From Marsupella aquatica (Eukaryota > Plantae > Marchantiophyta), in NCBI GenBank assembly GCA_973895155.1, contig OZ316894.1, forward strand, positions 22,787,867-22,851,866: a stretch of 64,000 bases of DNA. The letters are read 5' to 3'. Numbering within the stretch: position 1 is the first letter of the stretch; each line of letters starts with the position of its first letter. A program made the position numbers and the translations under genes. The notes beneath the pieces are model-generated. The model did not search any database, had not been told where the DNA came from, and saw nothing but the letters and a program-made list of their open reading frames with translations. Below, one piece after another: positions 46,133 to 58,300 of this stretch.

Positions 46133-48932
46133 ATGGCCAAAACAATTGGCAGAAAGAAGTTAGGCACGCAAGGGCTTGAGGTGCGTGTCTGATTCCTCTG
46201 TCCTGCCATTATGCGAAAGCATTCAAGACTGCCGTTCAAGAAAATCATCTACAGTTGCTGTTTACATAGAACAGGACCTCTTCCGTTAGTGCTGGAATGA
46301 GTTAGAAAGAGCGAGACCCACGGATACTTCTAGCTCAGCCAGTATTTGCAATGTAGGGTTTGAATGCATGGAAGCTAGCTGCCTGCCAGCGAGTGAATCG
46401 TGTCGGTTTCCAGTGTCGTGACATTTCCACGATCGGCAAATTTAGCAGCGGATAAATGGAGATTTTCCGATAGATTGAGCATTGATTTCCACCTGGTGTC
46501 TCATTCGAATTAATCTTGGAATGCGGATTTAGGAGTGGCATGGCAACAGTAGTAGTGTGTGGGAAGTGGGTTTTAGGTTGGCAATCAAGATGAAGCTATT
46601 GAAGGGGAAGCTCAGGATAGTTATTAGAGTTCTAATTTCCTTTTCTCTGGTCTCATGTTCTGCTTTTGTGCAGGTGTCAGCGCTCGGACTCGGATGCATG
46701 AATTTCGCAGGCACATATGATAACAATGATATCATTCCAGACGAGAACACCATAAACTTAATTCATACGGCATACAGTAAGGGAGTCACTTTCTTCGACA
46801 CTTCTGATGCATACGGCCCACACACCAGTGAGATCCTCATTGGAAAGGTATGTTTGCAACTCTGACAGTCTGTGTACATTCGTGCACCTCAAATGGGGTT
46901 CACATCTCAATGTTGGAATCTACAGCAAGGAGTCGCCGGTGCCCACTAACTCAAAGCTGCTGCTTGAAATTGTCATTAGGCTATCAAAAGCCTTCCACGG
47001 GAGAAGTTACAGATCGCTACGAAATATGGAATTGTTTTTTTCGAGAAACCTGACGGCACAAAAGCCGCGAAAGTCCGTGGAGATCCCGAGTATGTTCGGC
47101 AGGCATGCCTGGCCAGCCTCAAACGATTGGATGTGGACTACATTGACTTGTATTACCAGCACCGAATAGATGGTACCATCCCCATCGAAGTGACGGTGAG
47201 TGCCATCGTCACGGCTGAAACTGAGCGTGGTCAGAGCAGCTAACTGAGCACTTGATGTACAGAGTATCGTGAAGTACGACCTAAAATTGATGGTGGTCTG
47301 TATAATACGAATATTGAGTTATTCAAATAGAAGCAGCCGATGTTGCGTGGAACTCTGGATATTAACGACGAACACATGTATATACAGATGGGAGAACTGA
47401 AGAAACTGGTGGAGGAAGGGAAGATAAAGTACATTGGTTTGTCGGAGGCAGCTCCAGATACTATTAGAAGAGCACACGCAGTTCACCCGATCACAGCAAT
47501 CCAGATAGAGTGGTCTTTGTGGACACGCGATGTTGAAGAAGAATTAGTTCCTCTCTGCAGGTTGGTAAAATTGGGTTTGCTCTGTTTTTGAGTTGGAATG
47601 CACGCCTTCGTGAAGAATTTACGTACCTATCTTTGTAGTTTTGGCGATAAACATACACTGTCTATCTCGCCCTTCAAGTAATACCTGGGTAGATGCAACG
47701 GCTCGCGGGTCAATACCTGAATTTGCGCTCCTTTCCGGCGTTTTCATCTGTACCAAGCAACATGCGTAGGTACAGAAGTAGCACCCATGAATGAGAACGC
47801 TTGGATGATATCCTTTGCTGATAACAGTTTCTGATTTTGTTCATATGCAGGGAACTAGGGATTGGAATAGTCCCTTACAGCCCACTAGGACGGGGATTCT
47901 TTTCAGGAAAAGCTTCTCTGCAGACACTCGATGCGAAGGACATTCGAGTCGTACGTATCTAGTCCAACAACTCACCGAAAGCAATTAGCGAACTGGCATT
48001 CACCAGAGTGTGTCATGGCTAATTTCGTGAGGCCAATAATTTCAGTTCCGCAGTCTAAAGTGACTCCGTTCATGTTTCGGTCTTTTCTCGCCAGTGGGAT
48101 GGCTTTTCCTCAGTTGCTTGATCAAAATTGCTGTCTGATTTGGTCACCATCTACTTGTTCTTAACTGAATGTGGACAATCCTACATCGGAAACTGCGTTA
48201 GTATTTCTCATTGGAGGATTGGCAAACGATTGCTCCTGAATCTTTGCCTCTCGTATGCTGGATTGCAGAAGTTCTACCCCAGATTTACTCAAGCAAATGT
48301 GGAGAAAAATAAGGTGCTTTTCGAGCGCGTGTCGGCCCTTGCTAAGACGCATGGATGCACTCCCGGCCAGCTAGCGTTGGCGTGGGTGTGCAGCCAAGGG
48401 GATGAGAGCGTTAGTGTCGTACCCATTCCTGGTAAGTACTTTCCAAATTCAGATAGGAACGAACAGTGGAATCCTCTTGAAAGCTCCTCAATTTCAACAT
48501 ATTAAGACTGGTCAGTCAAAACACATTCATTTTGGTATTCATAAACCTGGTGTTAAGCTCCTCGCCGTAGCTTTCGACTACTTTCGAATAGATAGAAAAT
48601 AACGAACCGAGAAATCCTCTTAACGGCTCCTCCATTTCAACATTCTAGAGACTCGTCAAGACAACACCGCCATTTCTGTCAGCCTGAACATTAATTTCTG
48701 ATGAAGAGTTTATCGCGCTTTGTCCTGCTCAGGTACAACAAAGGTTGCCAACTTAAATGAGAACTTAGGGGCTTTGAAAGTAAAATTGACGCCCAAGGAG
48801 CTAGAAGAGGTGGCAGCTGCTGTGCCAAGCGCGGATGTGGCAGGCGGTAGATTTTCCGAATCCCATATACTGAACTTCACCTGGAAGGATGCCGTCACAC
48901 CGCCTTTGGAATTGACTTCGAAAACCGCATAG
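46133..48932 (+). CDS. Aldo-keto reductase, copy 2, 7 exons
   Basis: Near-identical paralog of 34684-37794 with reading frames apparently intact; lacks the TRIM. Confidence 0.93.
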
Positions 48933-49619
48933 AAGTTCTCAGGCCAGACCGTGGGGCAAATAAAAATATGCCATTGTTCTGCAGGACCCTCTGCCAATTT
49001 CTGCTGTCTGCAGGGTCGTCATTTTGCAGAATAGGCGAAGTAGCTGGCGGTAAAATTCTCCTAAGGATCTTCTCGATCAGGATCCTCTTGTTGGCTAGAA
49101 ATGTAGTCCCTAACGACTCCAGAGAGTGATTGTGGCACCCTTTCAGCAAGCTCTCGAAACAGAACGTCAACATTCCTTTGGCAATCATCTCATCATCGAT
49201 CATGATACTGTCAAACATGACGTACTTGAGAGCGTCATTTTGCAGAATAGATGGCAGTAGCTGGCTGTCTACACACCGGGTAAATTTCTCCAAAGAATCG
49301 TCTCGATCAGGATCCTCTTCTTGGGCTAGAAATGTAGTCCCTAACGACTCCAGAGAGTGATTGTGGCACCCCTTGCAGCCAGCTCTCGGAACAGAACGCC
49401 AACTTTCCTTTCGCAATCATCTCATCATCGATCATGATACTGTCAAACATGACGTACTTGAGAGCGCTTACTTGTAGAAGTGTATGAGGAAATGACATAA
49501 ACTGTTGGATTTGAGCCTGATGCCTGTACCCACTTGAGCTCCATCTTTTGGTGGGACTTTGTAGAGTTATTCTTGAATAAGAGATTTTGACACACTGTCA
49601 CTTGCACTTTACTTCATCG

Positions 49620-50125
49620 TGAATGACGAGCTGACTGATCGTGAGCATTACGTGTATTGTATCTGAATGAGTCAGAATGAAAAATTTCTAATTGTAACTT
49701 GACTTAGTCGTGACTGACGAGCAGACTGGTCTTGAACATTACGTGTATTGTATCTGAATGGGTCAGAATTATACCTTCCCTATTGCATCGTGTGCATGTG
49801 TGTTGTTTTGCGATGTATGCTTTCCAGCAGAGTTGCATTTAGTTCAGTTGTGTTTGTGAGATTACTAAGGTGGTTGAAGAGCTGACTGATCTTGAGCATT
49901 ACGTGTATTGTATCTGAATGAGTCAGAATGATAAGTTCCGTAAGTCAAAACTTGACATTGTCGTGAATGACGAGCTGAGTGGTCTTGACCATTAGGAGTA
50001 TTGTATCTGCATGGGTCAGAATGATACCTTCCCTATTGCATCGTGTACATGTGTGTTGTTTTGCGATGTATGCTTTCAAGCAAAGTTCTGTTTAGTTCAT
50101 TTGTGTTTGTGAGATTACTAAGGTG
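49620..50125. repeat. Degenerate ~90-bp tandem repeats (also at 40568-40770)
   Basis: tgacgagc.gactg.tc.tgagcattacgtgtattgtatctgaatg.gtcagaatga recurs 4 times. Confidence 0.75.
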
Positions 50126-50959
50126 TTCTAATTTTCGGAGGACCCCCTATCCGAATACACTACCCGTGTCTAACTTCCGTGCCTCATCTACTGTAGAGGA
50201 GGCCACAGAGGTTGACATTGCCCATCTTGCCTTTTGGAAAGAAATTGTTCTACAGTGTCGGTCGCAAATTTTCTGGTTCTCAGTCCACCGTCGTCTCTGA
50301 TTTGGATCAAGCGGAACACATTAAGGGTGGGTGCCTTAGATTGAATTCTATTATCAAGCAACGAGCCAGCATATGAGCGAGCCAGATGCATACAATTTTA
50401 ATTCTAAGCAGAGCTTTGAGAACGTATATCTCAGGAAATGTAATACTAATAGGTACACTCGCTTCCCAGATTGAAGCATTCCACATACAGATTGAAGCAC
50501 TACACGCACATGCCCCTTTCGTAGTTTACAGTTAATATTCATTTTCCGCCAAAGGTTTGAATAAATGTATTATTTGGAATTCTGTTTTGCACGATCTTTA
50601 ATAGGGGATTGGGAAATTAACCCTCGGGCACAATTTTATAACATTTCTTGTCGATCGTTTTTTTACGGAATATTTTATGAGCAAAAATGGCTAAGTGTGG
50701 GTCTCTATGTTCGGCAATCTCTATGTCAAGCGAGCTTCTTAGCTTCAGTCTAGACAGCACCGCGAGTTACTAGTTTCTCAAATAGAAGAGTTGGGGTTTC
50801 CTGGTAGAGCTAGTTAGCCCAACCATCAGGCTGTCAAATCAACACTGGTTCCTAGTTCTAGGCTCAATGAATGGAGAAACAAAATTGTGGGTAGGAGTCT
50901 CCCAAAATCCAAGAGTAGAATGTAATTTCATCCGGCTCTAGATCCGGACTCGGAATCAG

Positions 50960-53242
50960 TCACTCCCGATGGAGATTCTTGAGTCTAGAAGAAAGAGGGG
51001 GGTTCAAAAATCGACCATTCTCGCTAGTGCTGGTGGTGGATGCAGGCCAATCAGGGCGTTTACAAGATTGTCTAGAATTTTGCTTAGGTGAGGAGGTTTG
51101 GCCTTGTGCATCCTTCTTATTCTCCTTGGCACCCTGCAATTCGTCGCTATCACGTTCACTATACTCCACGTTGTTGTCAGAATTGTCTACTATGGTGGCT
51201 ACTTTCGTGATTCGAGGTGTTGACCGTGGTCTTGCTCGAGCTGAGGGATAGGGATTGTCGTCTGGGGTGGCGACTTTTGTGATTCGAGGTCTTGCCCGTA
51301 GTTTTGCTAGAGCTGGGGGGCATTTTACAACTGGAATAGATTTACGGTGATTTGGAAATGACGTGACGGCATCGCAGCTACAAGGTGTACTAGGCGGACC
51401 TAAGCTTTGAGCTTTTGGGCTTGCGAAATATTGACGTTCAGTTGACCGCCCTCTAGGTTTTTGAGAACTTCGACTTCTGCTGACCGTCTTCTCAAGGCAT
51501 TGGCCCATCTTCCGCCTCTTCAAAGAGCTCCGCAGTCCTCGACGTCTCAAGCCCAAGCTTTGAGATCTTGGGCTTGCAAGGTTTCTATGTTCAGTAGATC
51601 GTCCTCGAGAGGTTTGACAAGTTTGCCTACTTTGCCTTCTACGAGACGGGCCTCGCTCAAATCCTTTTAACACGCGCCCCAATCCTCGCAAACTCGAGCT
51701 TTGGGATCTGGGGCTAGCAAGGTTTCGACGATCAGTTGATCGTCCTCGACAGTTGTGATGAATTTGACTTCTACTTCTTGTCTTGTCACTGGACCGGCCT
51801 CGCTTGAATCTCCTAAACACTCTCCCCGGTGCTTGCCGCAAACCCGAGCTTCGGGATCTTGGGCTTGCAATGTTTCGATGTTCAGTTGATCGTCCTCGAG
51901 AGTTTTGACGACTTCGGCTTCCATTGATCGTCTTCTCAGAAGACCGGCCCCGCTTGGATCTCTTGAACACTCGCCCCAATCCTTCTCCCAAACCCGAGCT
52001 TTGAGATCTGGGGCTTGCACTGTTTCGATGCTCAGTCGATCGTCCTCGAGAATTTTGACGACTTCGATTTCTACTGATCGTCTTCTCACGAGATCGGCCC
52101 CTCTTGAATCTCTGAAAGACTCGCCCCAATCCTCGTCTCAAACCCGAGCTTCGCGATCTTGGGCTCGCAGGATTTTGATGTTCAGTCGACTTTTCTCCAG
52201 AGCTTTGACGACTTCGACTTCTATTCAAGCTCTTCTCAGGTGATCTGCCCCTCTTGAATCTCCCAAACACTCCCCCAAATCCTTTGGGTTTTTGGGATGT
52301 TTGATCAACCTTTCCTTCATTGCTTGCACTTGGTGTTGGCCATAACCAACCTGTGAAGTTGCCAGTGGCACCCTTCTTGTGGGGGGTACTGGCTCCAGAC
52401 CCAGTATCCTGATTCTCCCCTTGAAGATTGGGTTCAGACTCGTCTTGGGAAGTGGATTGAGTATCAGACCCACCTCCAAAACCAAACCAACTTTCAGTGA
52501 GGGACTTGGACTTGGGTCCTTTCTCTTTAGACTTGGATCCACTCTCGCCCCGGGCCGGTTCACTCGCCAACTCGAACTTGGATCCACTACCAGAGCCACT
52601 TCTACTACCAAACCAACTCTCAGTGCTAGACTTGCACTTGTTTGATGGTTTGGGGTTTAGTGACCCTGATCTGTGGTTCGGGGATCTTGATCGGTGGTGC
52701 GGAGATCTTGACCTGAGGTTTCGAGACCTTGACCTCGGGTGCGGAAATCCACTCTTACAGCTATCATGGCTATGGCTCCTATTTCCTTCACTCATTTCTA
52801 TGCCAGAATGACTATTGGCGTGACCATTGACAACCTTTTGCCTTTGAGAGTGCTCTACAAATTTTGGGCTGAGAATGTATTTGGTATTTCTTTTTCCAAT
52901 AGGGATGAGTTTGCCTTGACGCACCAACTTTTCCAAGCTAAGTTTCAGTTTAGCATCAAACTTCTTCCCCAACCTCATGTCATAGTGCTTCTCAATGTCT
53001 CTAGCTATGGCCCTCTTGCTGGAGCCACGGTGTCCGAACGGGAAGGATGCACAGTTGAGGCGGAGAATTGCATCGTGAATGAGATGTGCAAACGTTCGAC
53101 GGCGACACCCTTTTGACTTGGGTGTGGCCTTCCTTTTCTTTTTATATTTCTCTTCTGCTATCAGCTCATGCTTTTTCTTTGAGTGTTTTGCAATGCCCAT
53201 GTCCTCCAAGGAGATGGCTTCCTCCATCCCTTCTGCTGGCAT
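50960..53242 (-). CDS. Divergent linker-histone H1 (winged-helix) protein with a long Arg/Ser-rich repetitive tail; protamine-like/SNBP candidate (760 aa)
   Basis: TFAHLIHDAILRL...GSSKRAIARDIEKHY...KLKLSLEKLVRQGKLIPIG...KYILSP, followed by 50-aa RS/SPR repeats. Single uninterrupted ORF. Confidence 0.75.
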   Translation of the reverse strand: MPAEGMEEAISLEDMGIAKHSKKKHELIAEEKYKKKRKATPKSKGCRRRTFAHLIHDAILRLNCASFPFGHRGSSKRAIARDIEKHYDMRLGKKFDAKLKLSLEKLVRQGKLIPIGKRNTKYILSPKFVEHSQRQKVVNGHANSHSGIEMSEGNRSHSHDSCKSGFPHPRSRSRNLRSRSPHHRSRSPNHRSGSLNPKPSNKCKSSTESWFGSRSGSGSGSKFELASEPARGESGSKSKEKGPKSKSLTESWFGFGGGSDTQSTSQDESEPNLQGENQDTGSGASTPHKKGATGNFTGWLWPTPSASNEGKVDQTSQKPKGFGGVFGRFKRGRSPEKSLNRSRSRQSSGEKSTEHQNPASPRSRSSGLRRGLGRVFQRFKRGRSREKTISRNRSRQNSRGRSTEHRNSASPRSQSSGLGEGLGRVFKRSKRGRSSEKTINGSRSRQNSRGRSTEHRNIASPRSRSSGLRQAPGRVFRRFKRGRSSDKTRSRSQIHHNCRGRSTDRRNLASPRSQSSSLRGLGRVLKGFERGPSRRRQSRQTCQTSRGRSTEHRNLASPRSQSLGLRRRGLRSSLKRRKMGQCLEKTVSRSRSSQKPRGRSTERQYFASPKAQSLGPPSTPCSCDAVTSFPNHRKSIPVVKCPPALAKLRARPRITKVATPDDNPYPSARARPRSTPRITKVATIVDNSDNNVEYSERDSDELQGAKENKKDAQGQTSSPKQNSRQSCKRPDWPASTTSTSENGRFLNPPLSSRLKNLHRE
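51400..52290 (-). repeat. 150-bp coding tandem repeat (~5.5 units)
   Basis: aacccgagct at 51841, 51991 and 52141; unit GLGRVFxRxKRGRSxEKTxxRSRSRQNSRGRSTEHRNxASPRSxSSGL. Confidence 0.9.
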
Positions 53243-54353
53243 TTAGTTCAAAAAACACCCCTGTCTAGATACAAGTGTGCTTGACATCTCAAAGATGTAT
53301 ACACTACTGAAGTTTTGAGAATTGAACCTGTGGAGGATCACCAGAGCCGAAACAGTGGATAATAAGACTTTTTCCCATTTTGAGGAAATGTAAGAAGCCT
53401 ACCCAACAGTGCCTCCCTAAAACAGTCTCCCTTCTTTGGAAATTTCTTTTCATTTAATCATTCCGTATGATTACCATTCAGAACATCATAATTGTAAATA
53501 GTCCTTTCAAACCAATGTGAGACAACTGCAGAAAACTGTTGACATATCTTGTGCTATGAAACGAGGACATGGAGCTTGAATTCTCTTCTGGTTATTAACT
53601 ACAACCATCTTTGAACCCTCTATAGTTTCCTTCAAGCAGAGTTTGTCCATAAAGCGTACCGAAATAATTATGAAGACCAAAGACCTCGGAAGTGACTTTC
53701 TACGCTTATACACCGTTGGAAGGAAGAAAAAGCATACATGTTGAACAAAACAAACAATAATCCCTTCAAGATCAAGCATAGTGGTCCCTACAATAATCCG
53801 TATAGGGGTCTCTTCAAGGTCCGCATAAATTGGATGCATGTTCCACTCTCGAGACCTATTCAAAAATTGTATTTCATGGTCATTCCTTTGGTTGCTTGGG
53901 TGCTGAAAAACCATTGTAATGTGTGATGCGTCCCATGGTAGGCCCCCCTCCCCACCCTCACTCCCCTTTCCAACAGTCATGCATGGGCAACGAATAAAAC
54001 TCAATGAATGATGAGAGATAAATCAATGTGTCGTTTCATTTTCCAAGATGCCCCTTCATGATGAGTGCAACCCTTTGCACGACGGTTGCATTAATTTAGA
54101 AGTTGGTCATGGTCTATACGGTCCAAAAAGACGCACATCTTGAAAAACAAAACGGTGTACAAAAATGTGAGCTGCGAGCACCAAGACTGATGATCCAACG
54201 GCAGATAATGATATACAAGATATAATTGTCAAACAAACCGATCATGTTGGAGTTGATGTATCTTCGAAAAGGATAAATACTTACGTCAAATAAATCCATT
54301 TATCGATGATCGTGACTTTTCATGATTTCGAGAGAATTTTGTAATTAAGACCG

Positions 54354-54382
54354 TCGGATTGACGCCACGTCAGCAATCCGAA
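54354..54382 (+). promoter_or_regulatory. Histone-promoter type I-like element (Hex plus reverse Oct) within a palindrome
   Basis: CCACGTCAGCAATCCGAA versus the consensus CCACGTCANCGATCCGCG (15/18), embedded in tcggattg...caatccga. Confidence 0.45.
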
Positions 54383-54719
54383 GTCCCCAAGCGTCATTGG
54401 ATGGTTTGGGAATGTGAGGTTTGCCAAGAGGATTTTGACAGTTTTCAAGCTTAACCCAAGGCTAAGCTCATGACTGAGGAGGTGTGAATTGATCCATGTG
54501 CAAGGAAAGGAACGAATGGGATGATTGGGCATCAATTCTAAAGAGTGGCTGCAGCCAAGGATTTTTTCTATAATTACATGCTCCATACCATCCCGTCTAG
54601 TTTGTGGGGTCCTGTGTCATGGTTAGGAGATGAACTATGCTTAAATTTTAGGCCTGCCCCTGCACCATTTCTCAGGTCTTTCACAAGCATGATTGGTTAG
54701 AGGTGCACCAGTTGTCACA

Positions 54720-55391
54720 ATGAGTGTTAAGGGGGAAGACGATTTGATGATTGGGGAGCCCTCTGGGTCTAAGGGGGCAGGCAAAGTCTTACCAACTTAC
54801 AGTAGCTTAATTCACGATGTCATTAGTACGCTTAAGCAACGAGGGGGGTCAAGTGCTGTTGCAATTCGCAAGACCATTGAACAAAAGGTGGGCCCAAAGT
54901 TGGGACCTAACTACAAGAAGATTGTTGGCTCCACACTGTCCAAGTTGGCCAAGTCGGGGAAGTTGATCAAGACTGGCAACACTTTCAAGTTGAGTCCACA
55001 ATTCAAGCAAGAGAATCTTCGTCGTCGGAGGCGCCATCGACATAAGAAGGGTCGAAAGAGGCGCAGGAGGAGACGTAGAAGAAGAAGACGTGGGAGGAGA
55101 AAAGGTCGCAAAGGGAGGAAGCATAGGAGGAGGAGAAGGAGGAGGTCTAGAAAAGGTAGGAAAAGAAGAAGGAGAAGAAGAAGAAGAAGGTCAAGAGGCA
55201 GACGATCAAGATCCAAATCCAGATCAAGATCACCCCGTCGTCGTCATCGTCGCCGTCGCCGTCGGAGAAGAAAAAGCCGAGGAAGAGGAAAATCCCATGC
55301 AAAATCACATGGAACAAAAAGAGTTAGACATGCATCACATGTCCACATTCATCAAGCTAATTCAGAACAAAGTTCTATAGGGGGAGATTAG
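54720..55391 (+). CDS. Protamine-like protein: H1 globular domain plus poly-arginine tail (223 aa)
   Basis: PTYSSLIHDVISTLKQRGGSSAVAIRKTIE...LSKLAKSGKLIKTGNTFKL, then long runs of R with RS/SP motifs. The ATG is at 54720, after a splice acceptor at ~54675. Confidence 0.88.
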   Translation: MSVKGEDDLMIGEPSGSKGAGKVLPTYSSLIHDVISTLKQRGGSSAVAIRKTIEQKVGPKLGPNYKKIVGSTLSKLAKSGKLIKTGNTFKLSPQFKQENLRRRRRHRHKKGRKRRRRRRRRRRRGRRKGRKGRKHRRRRRRRSRKGRKRRRRRRRRRSRGRRSRSKSRSRSPRRRHRRRRRRRRKSRGRGKSHAKSHGTKRVRHASHVHIHQANSEQSSIGGD

Positions 55392-58300
55392 AGTCCCCTT
55401 ATCCATCCTTAGTTATCAAGCAGACAATTCTTGTAGGGTGATGCACTTTAAATATATTAAGTGTTAGCCTTCTGGAGATGTCTGACTTGAACAATTTTAG
55501 CCCTTTCAGAAGTCTGGAAATCATTTCTCATGGCTACAAGTAATTCCAGGCAGAAAGAAAGTGAATAAACTTAATTTATGCATATGTTTTAATTTGCTTA
55601 GTAGCTTGAAAACGTGATGGAGCAAGCTAAGCCCACATATACACGGTGTCAATCCTTGTTTCACTATGCAACATGGTGGTGAGCATGTGACAGCTACATA
55701 CACTCCTGGGAACAATTGTACTTCTACATGGTCGGTTCAAGAAAAACCATCCAAAGTTTAGGAGCAATTAGGTTAACTAGCTAGATACCAGCCAAACCAG
55801 GACCCAAACATGATTCTCAACAAGGTACCTGCTACATTGATCATATGAAAATAAAAAAATTAAATAATGCACTTGTTTGGTGAAAATCATAAGTTGAATG
55901 TACATCTTCTACCCTTTTATCAAGCATGGTTAATGATTAGTTCAATCAACTGGAACTCACAAGAGCCCAAGGGCTACACAGACTTTTGCACAGATCCTGA
56001 TATTCATGCTTCCATAGGTTTTGTTGTCTGCCAAGGCAACTCCTACATGATCTATTCTGCACCTCTTTTCTGCTTGTTGCTGAGCTGAACTAGAGTGGGC
56101 CTGCCTAGCTGATGACCATCCTCGTTCTCGTCTTGAATTTGGAGTGATCCCTCAATTTACCCCTTGATGTTTTTGAAGTTGCCTTGTTGTTTGTTGGGTA
56201 AGTCGGTTCTGTCTTGCTCAAAGTAAAGGTTCCATGCCTATATAATTGGCAGTGCTTTTCTCTGAAATAATATATCCTGGTTTCCTTTTCAACCCTCTTA
56301 GATGGATCAGCTGCTGGCATCCCGGTCCTATTGATTTTCAGTTATAGTACATTATCTTTGAATTGTTAGCAACCCTGGCCCTGAACAACATTCTCTACAA
56401 CGATGAAGGCTCCTGTGATTGAGTTTCACCATGCCTGCTGAGCATCATGCCACACGGAGTGCTTGCAAACACTATTCCTTCAATCACCTGTCCAGGATGA
56501 GTTTTAACATAACAACTTTTACGGACTCACTGTGTGCTGGCAAATTTGTTGGTGGACTTGGTTTGGCTTGTGTTAACTAAGACTCTTGAATCGTTATTGT
56601 TGGTTTGTTTTTTGTTGGTGGATACCATGATTTTGTGGCTGACTAGATCCCACTCGAGATCCAATCTGGTCTCTTGTTCCTGACCAGCCTGCCCGTGGGT
56701 TAGGCTGCGGCTCTTGCTTGTGCCGTCTCCCTGAGTGTGGTCATTCTCGGTTTGTATATATGTCTGTTTTCAGTTGCCCTGTTGGTTGTGGTTCTTGCCG
56801 CTCCTAGCTTGGATATAAAGTTTGCTCTGAAATAGAAGTTAGGGGAAGTCATTTGACTTCAAGTTCTACCATCCACTAACATTCGTGGTTACTTCCAGTC
56901 ATTGATCTGCATGGCTGAGATGCAAAGCATCTTTCCCTATGAAACTAGGCTAGTCCACTTGGATATTCAATTGGGTTCCTAATCACTGATATTGTTTAAA
57001 TTTGGGTTTAAATATCTTAATTTGAGGCTTATTCTGTTCAGGGTAGTGACTCACCAGCTACGCAAAGACTTGAACTTTATATCTAACATTTGCCATTGGC
57101 AAGTCCATGTCAGTCCCTAGTCCATAGGTGGGTGCATCGGTTATTCTTAAAGTGTGTGAGAGATATATGTAGCTTTTGGGCAACTTCGTTAGAACTCTTA
57201 CCTTCAGTATTGTACCTCTTTCTGGACAAACCAAGAGTATTATGTTTTAAGTACAAGTCCAACAAAATGAATAGACAAAAATATGTACAAGTCCAACCTC
57301 ATATCCATGGATGGATCCAGCATGTTCACTGGATTCCAAACCCCATGCAACCAAAACGGGCAGCCAATTTACATTAAAAAATTGTCTGTATGTCTGCTGA
57401 ATTAATCAAAGATGCTATTTCATATGAAGAGAGGACCAAGATTGAAGGCCAAATGAGAAATGTATGTCATCCTTAAATACCCTAAAGTGTGTGTAAGCTC
57501 AGCTCCATGATCAAATGAGTGGTGATAATGGGCTACATTACAGTACCCAAAAGCAACCACAGTTAAGGACTTTTCGCAGCTCATAATCTAAACAAAGCCC
57601 TTGAACCAGTACCTTACCCTAGTCAAAGGGTTGAAACAATACAGGACTCTAATTAGAAGAAAACAAAAGCCACAAATATTCAGCCTTGAATGAGAACTAG
57701 GAGTAGAATCGGGAGTAAAATTAACCTTAACTAACATTTCCTGAGGAGCCCGTCCAGCCAGAGGTTTCACCCCAAAAGTTAACCTACCAACTAACCAAGT
57801 CTTCTTCTAGGGTATTCATTTAATTTATAAGCAGCTTCTTTACAAGTAGCTAAAACTCTTTATTCTATATTATTTTGACCCCAATCTAGACAAGGTTGCT
57901 CATAAATTACAATAAATAATATTAGCTACCAGAACAAGTTGAATGATGACAGGAAGAAACACTGCAGTATTGCTGTCCTAGATGGCACAGGCCATGCAAA
58001 AGATATTTTTTATTTTTTATTGCAGGAAATAAGACAACGCCAACAAATATTATCCTGTTTAAATCATTGGAATTTAAAAACATTGCAGACACTGAAATGT
58101 CAGTGTTTACACCGCATGTTTAGACTGTTCTTAAAACTTGCATAATAATTGTTTTTTCAAAGTTACACAAATGCTCTAAAATATTTTGTTGGTCAGGTCC
58201 AAAATTTGTAAGTGTTATATATTTATAGCACGATCCCCATGGGACTGCTGTACTACACACCACCAATATTCTTGTGAAAGTATGTTCCTATTGTGGATTT

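Larger units (their letters stand above)
23590..49872 (+). repeat. Tandem segmental duplication containing the AKR gene: copy 1 ~23590-42035 (expanded by insertions), copy 2 ~42047-49872
   Basis: Colinear blocks: 23.6-25.3k=42.05-43.75k; 27.1-27.3k=43.76-43.93k; 31.37-32.2k=43.93-44.85k; 33.37-38.49k=44.85-49.62k; 40.57-40.77k=49.62-49.83k; 42.0k=49.84k. Confidence 0.9.

Noticed and set aside
54081-54240. MYB/DUO1-like AACCG sites upstream of the protamine-like gene
   Set aside because: Motifs of 5-7 bp are expected by chance and cannot be supported without conservation data.
54849-55380. Antisense and alternative-frame ORFs (Leu-rich, Gly/Glu-rich)
   Set aside because: These are shadows of the poly-Arg coding sequence; the same applies at 60881-61317 and to short ORFs over pol and the repeats.
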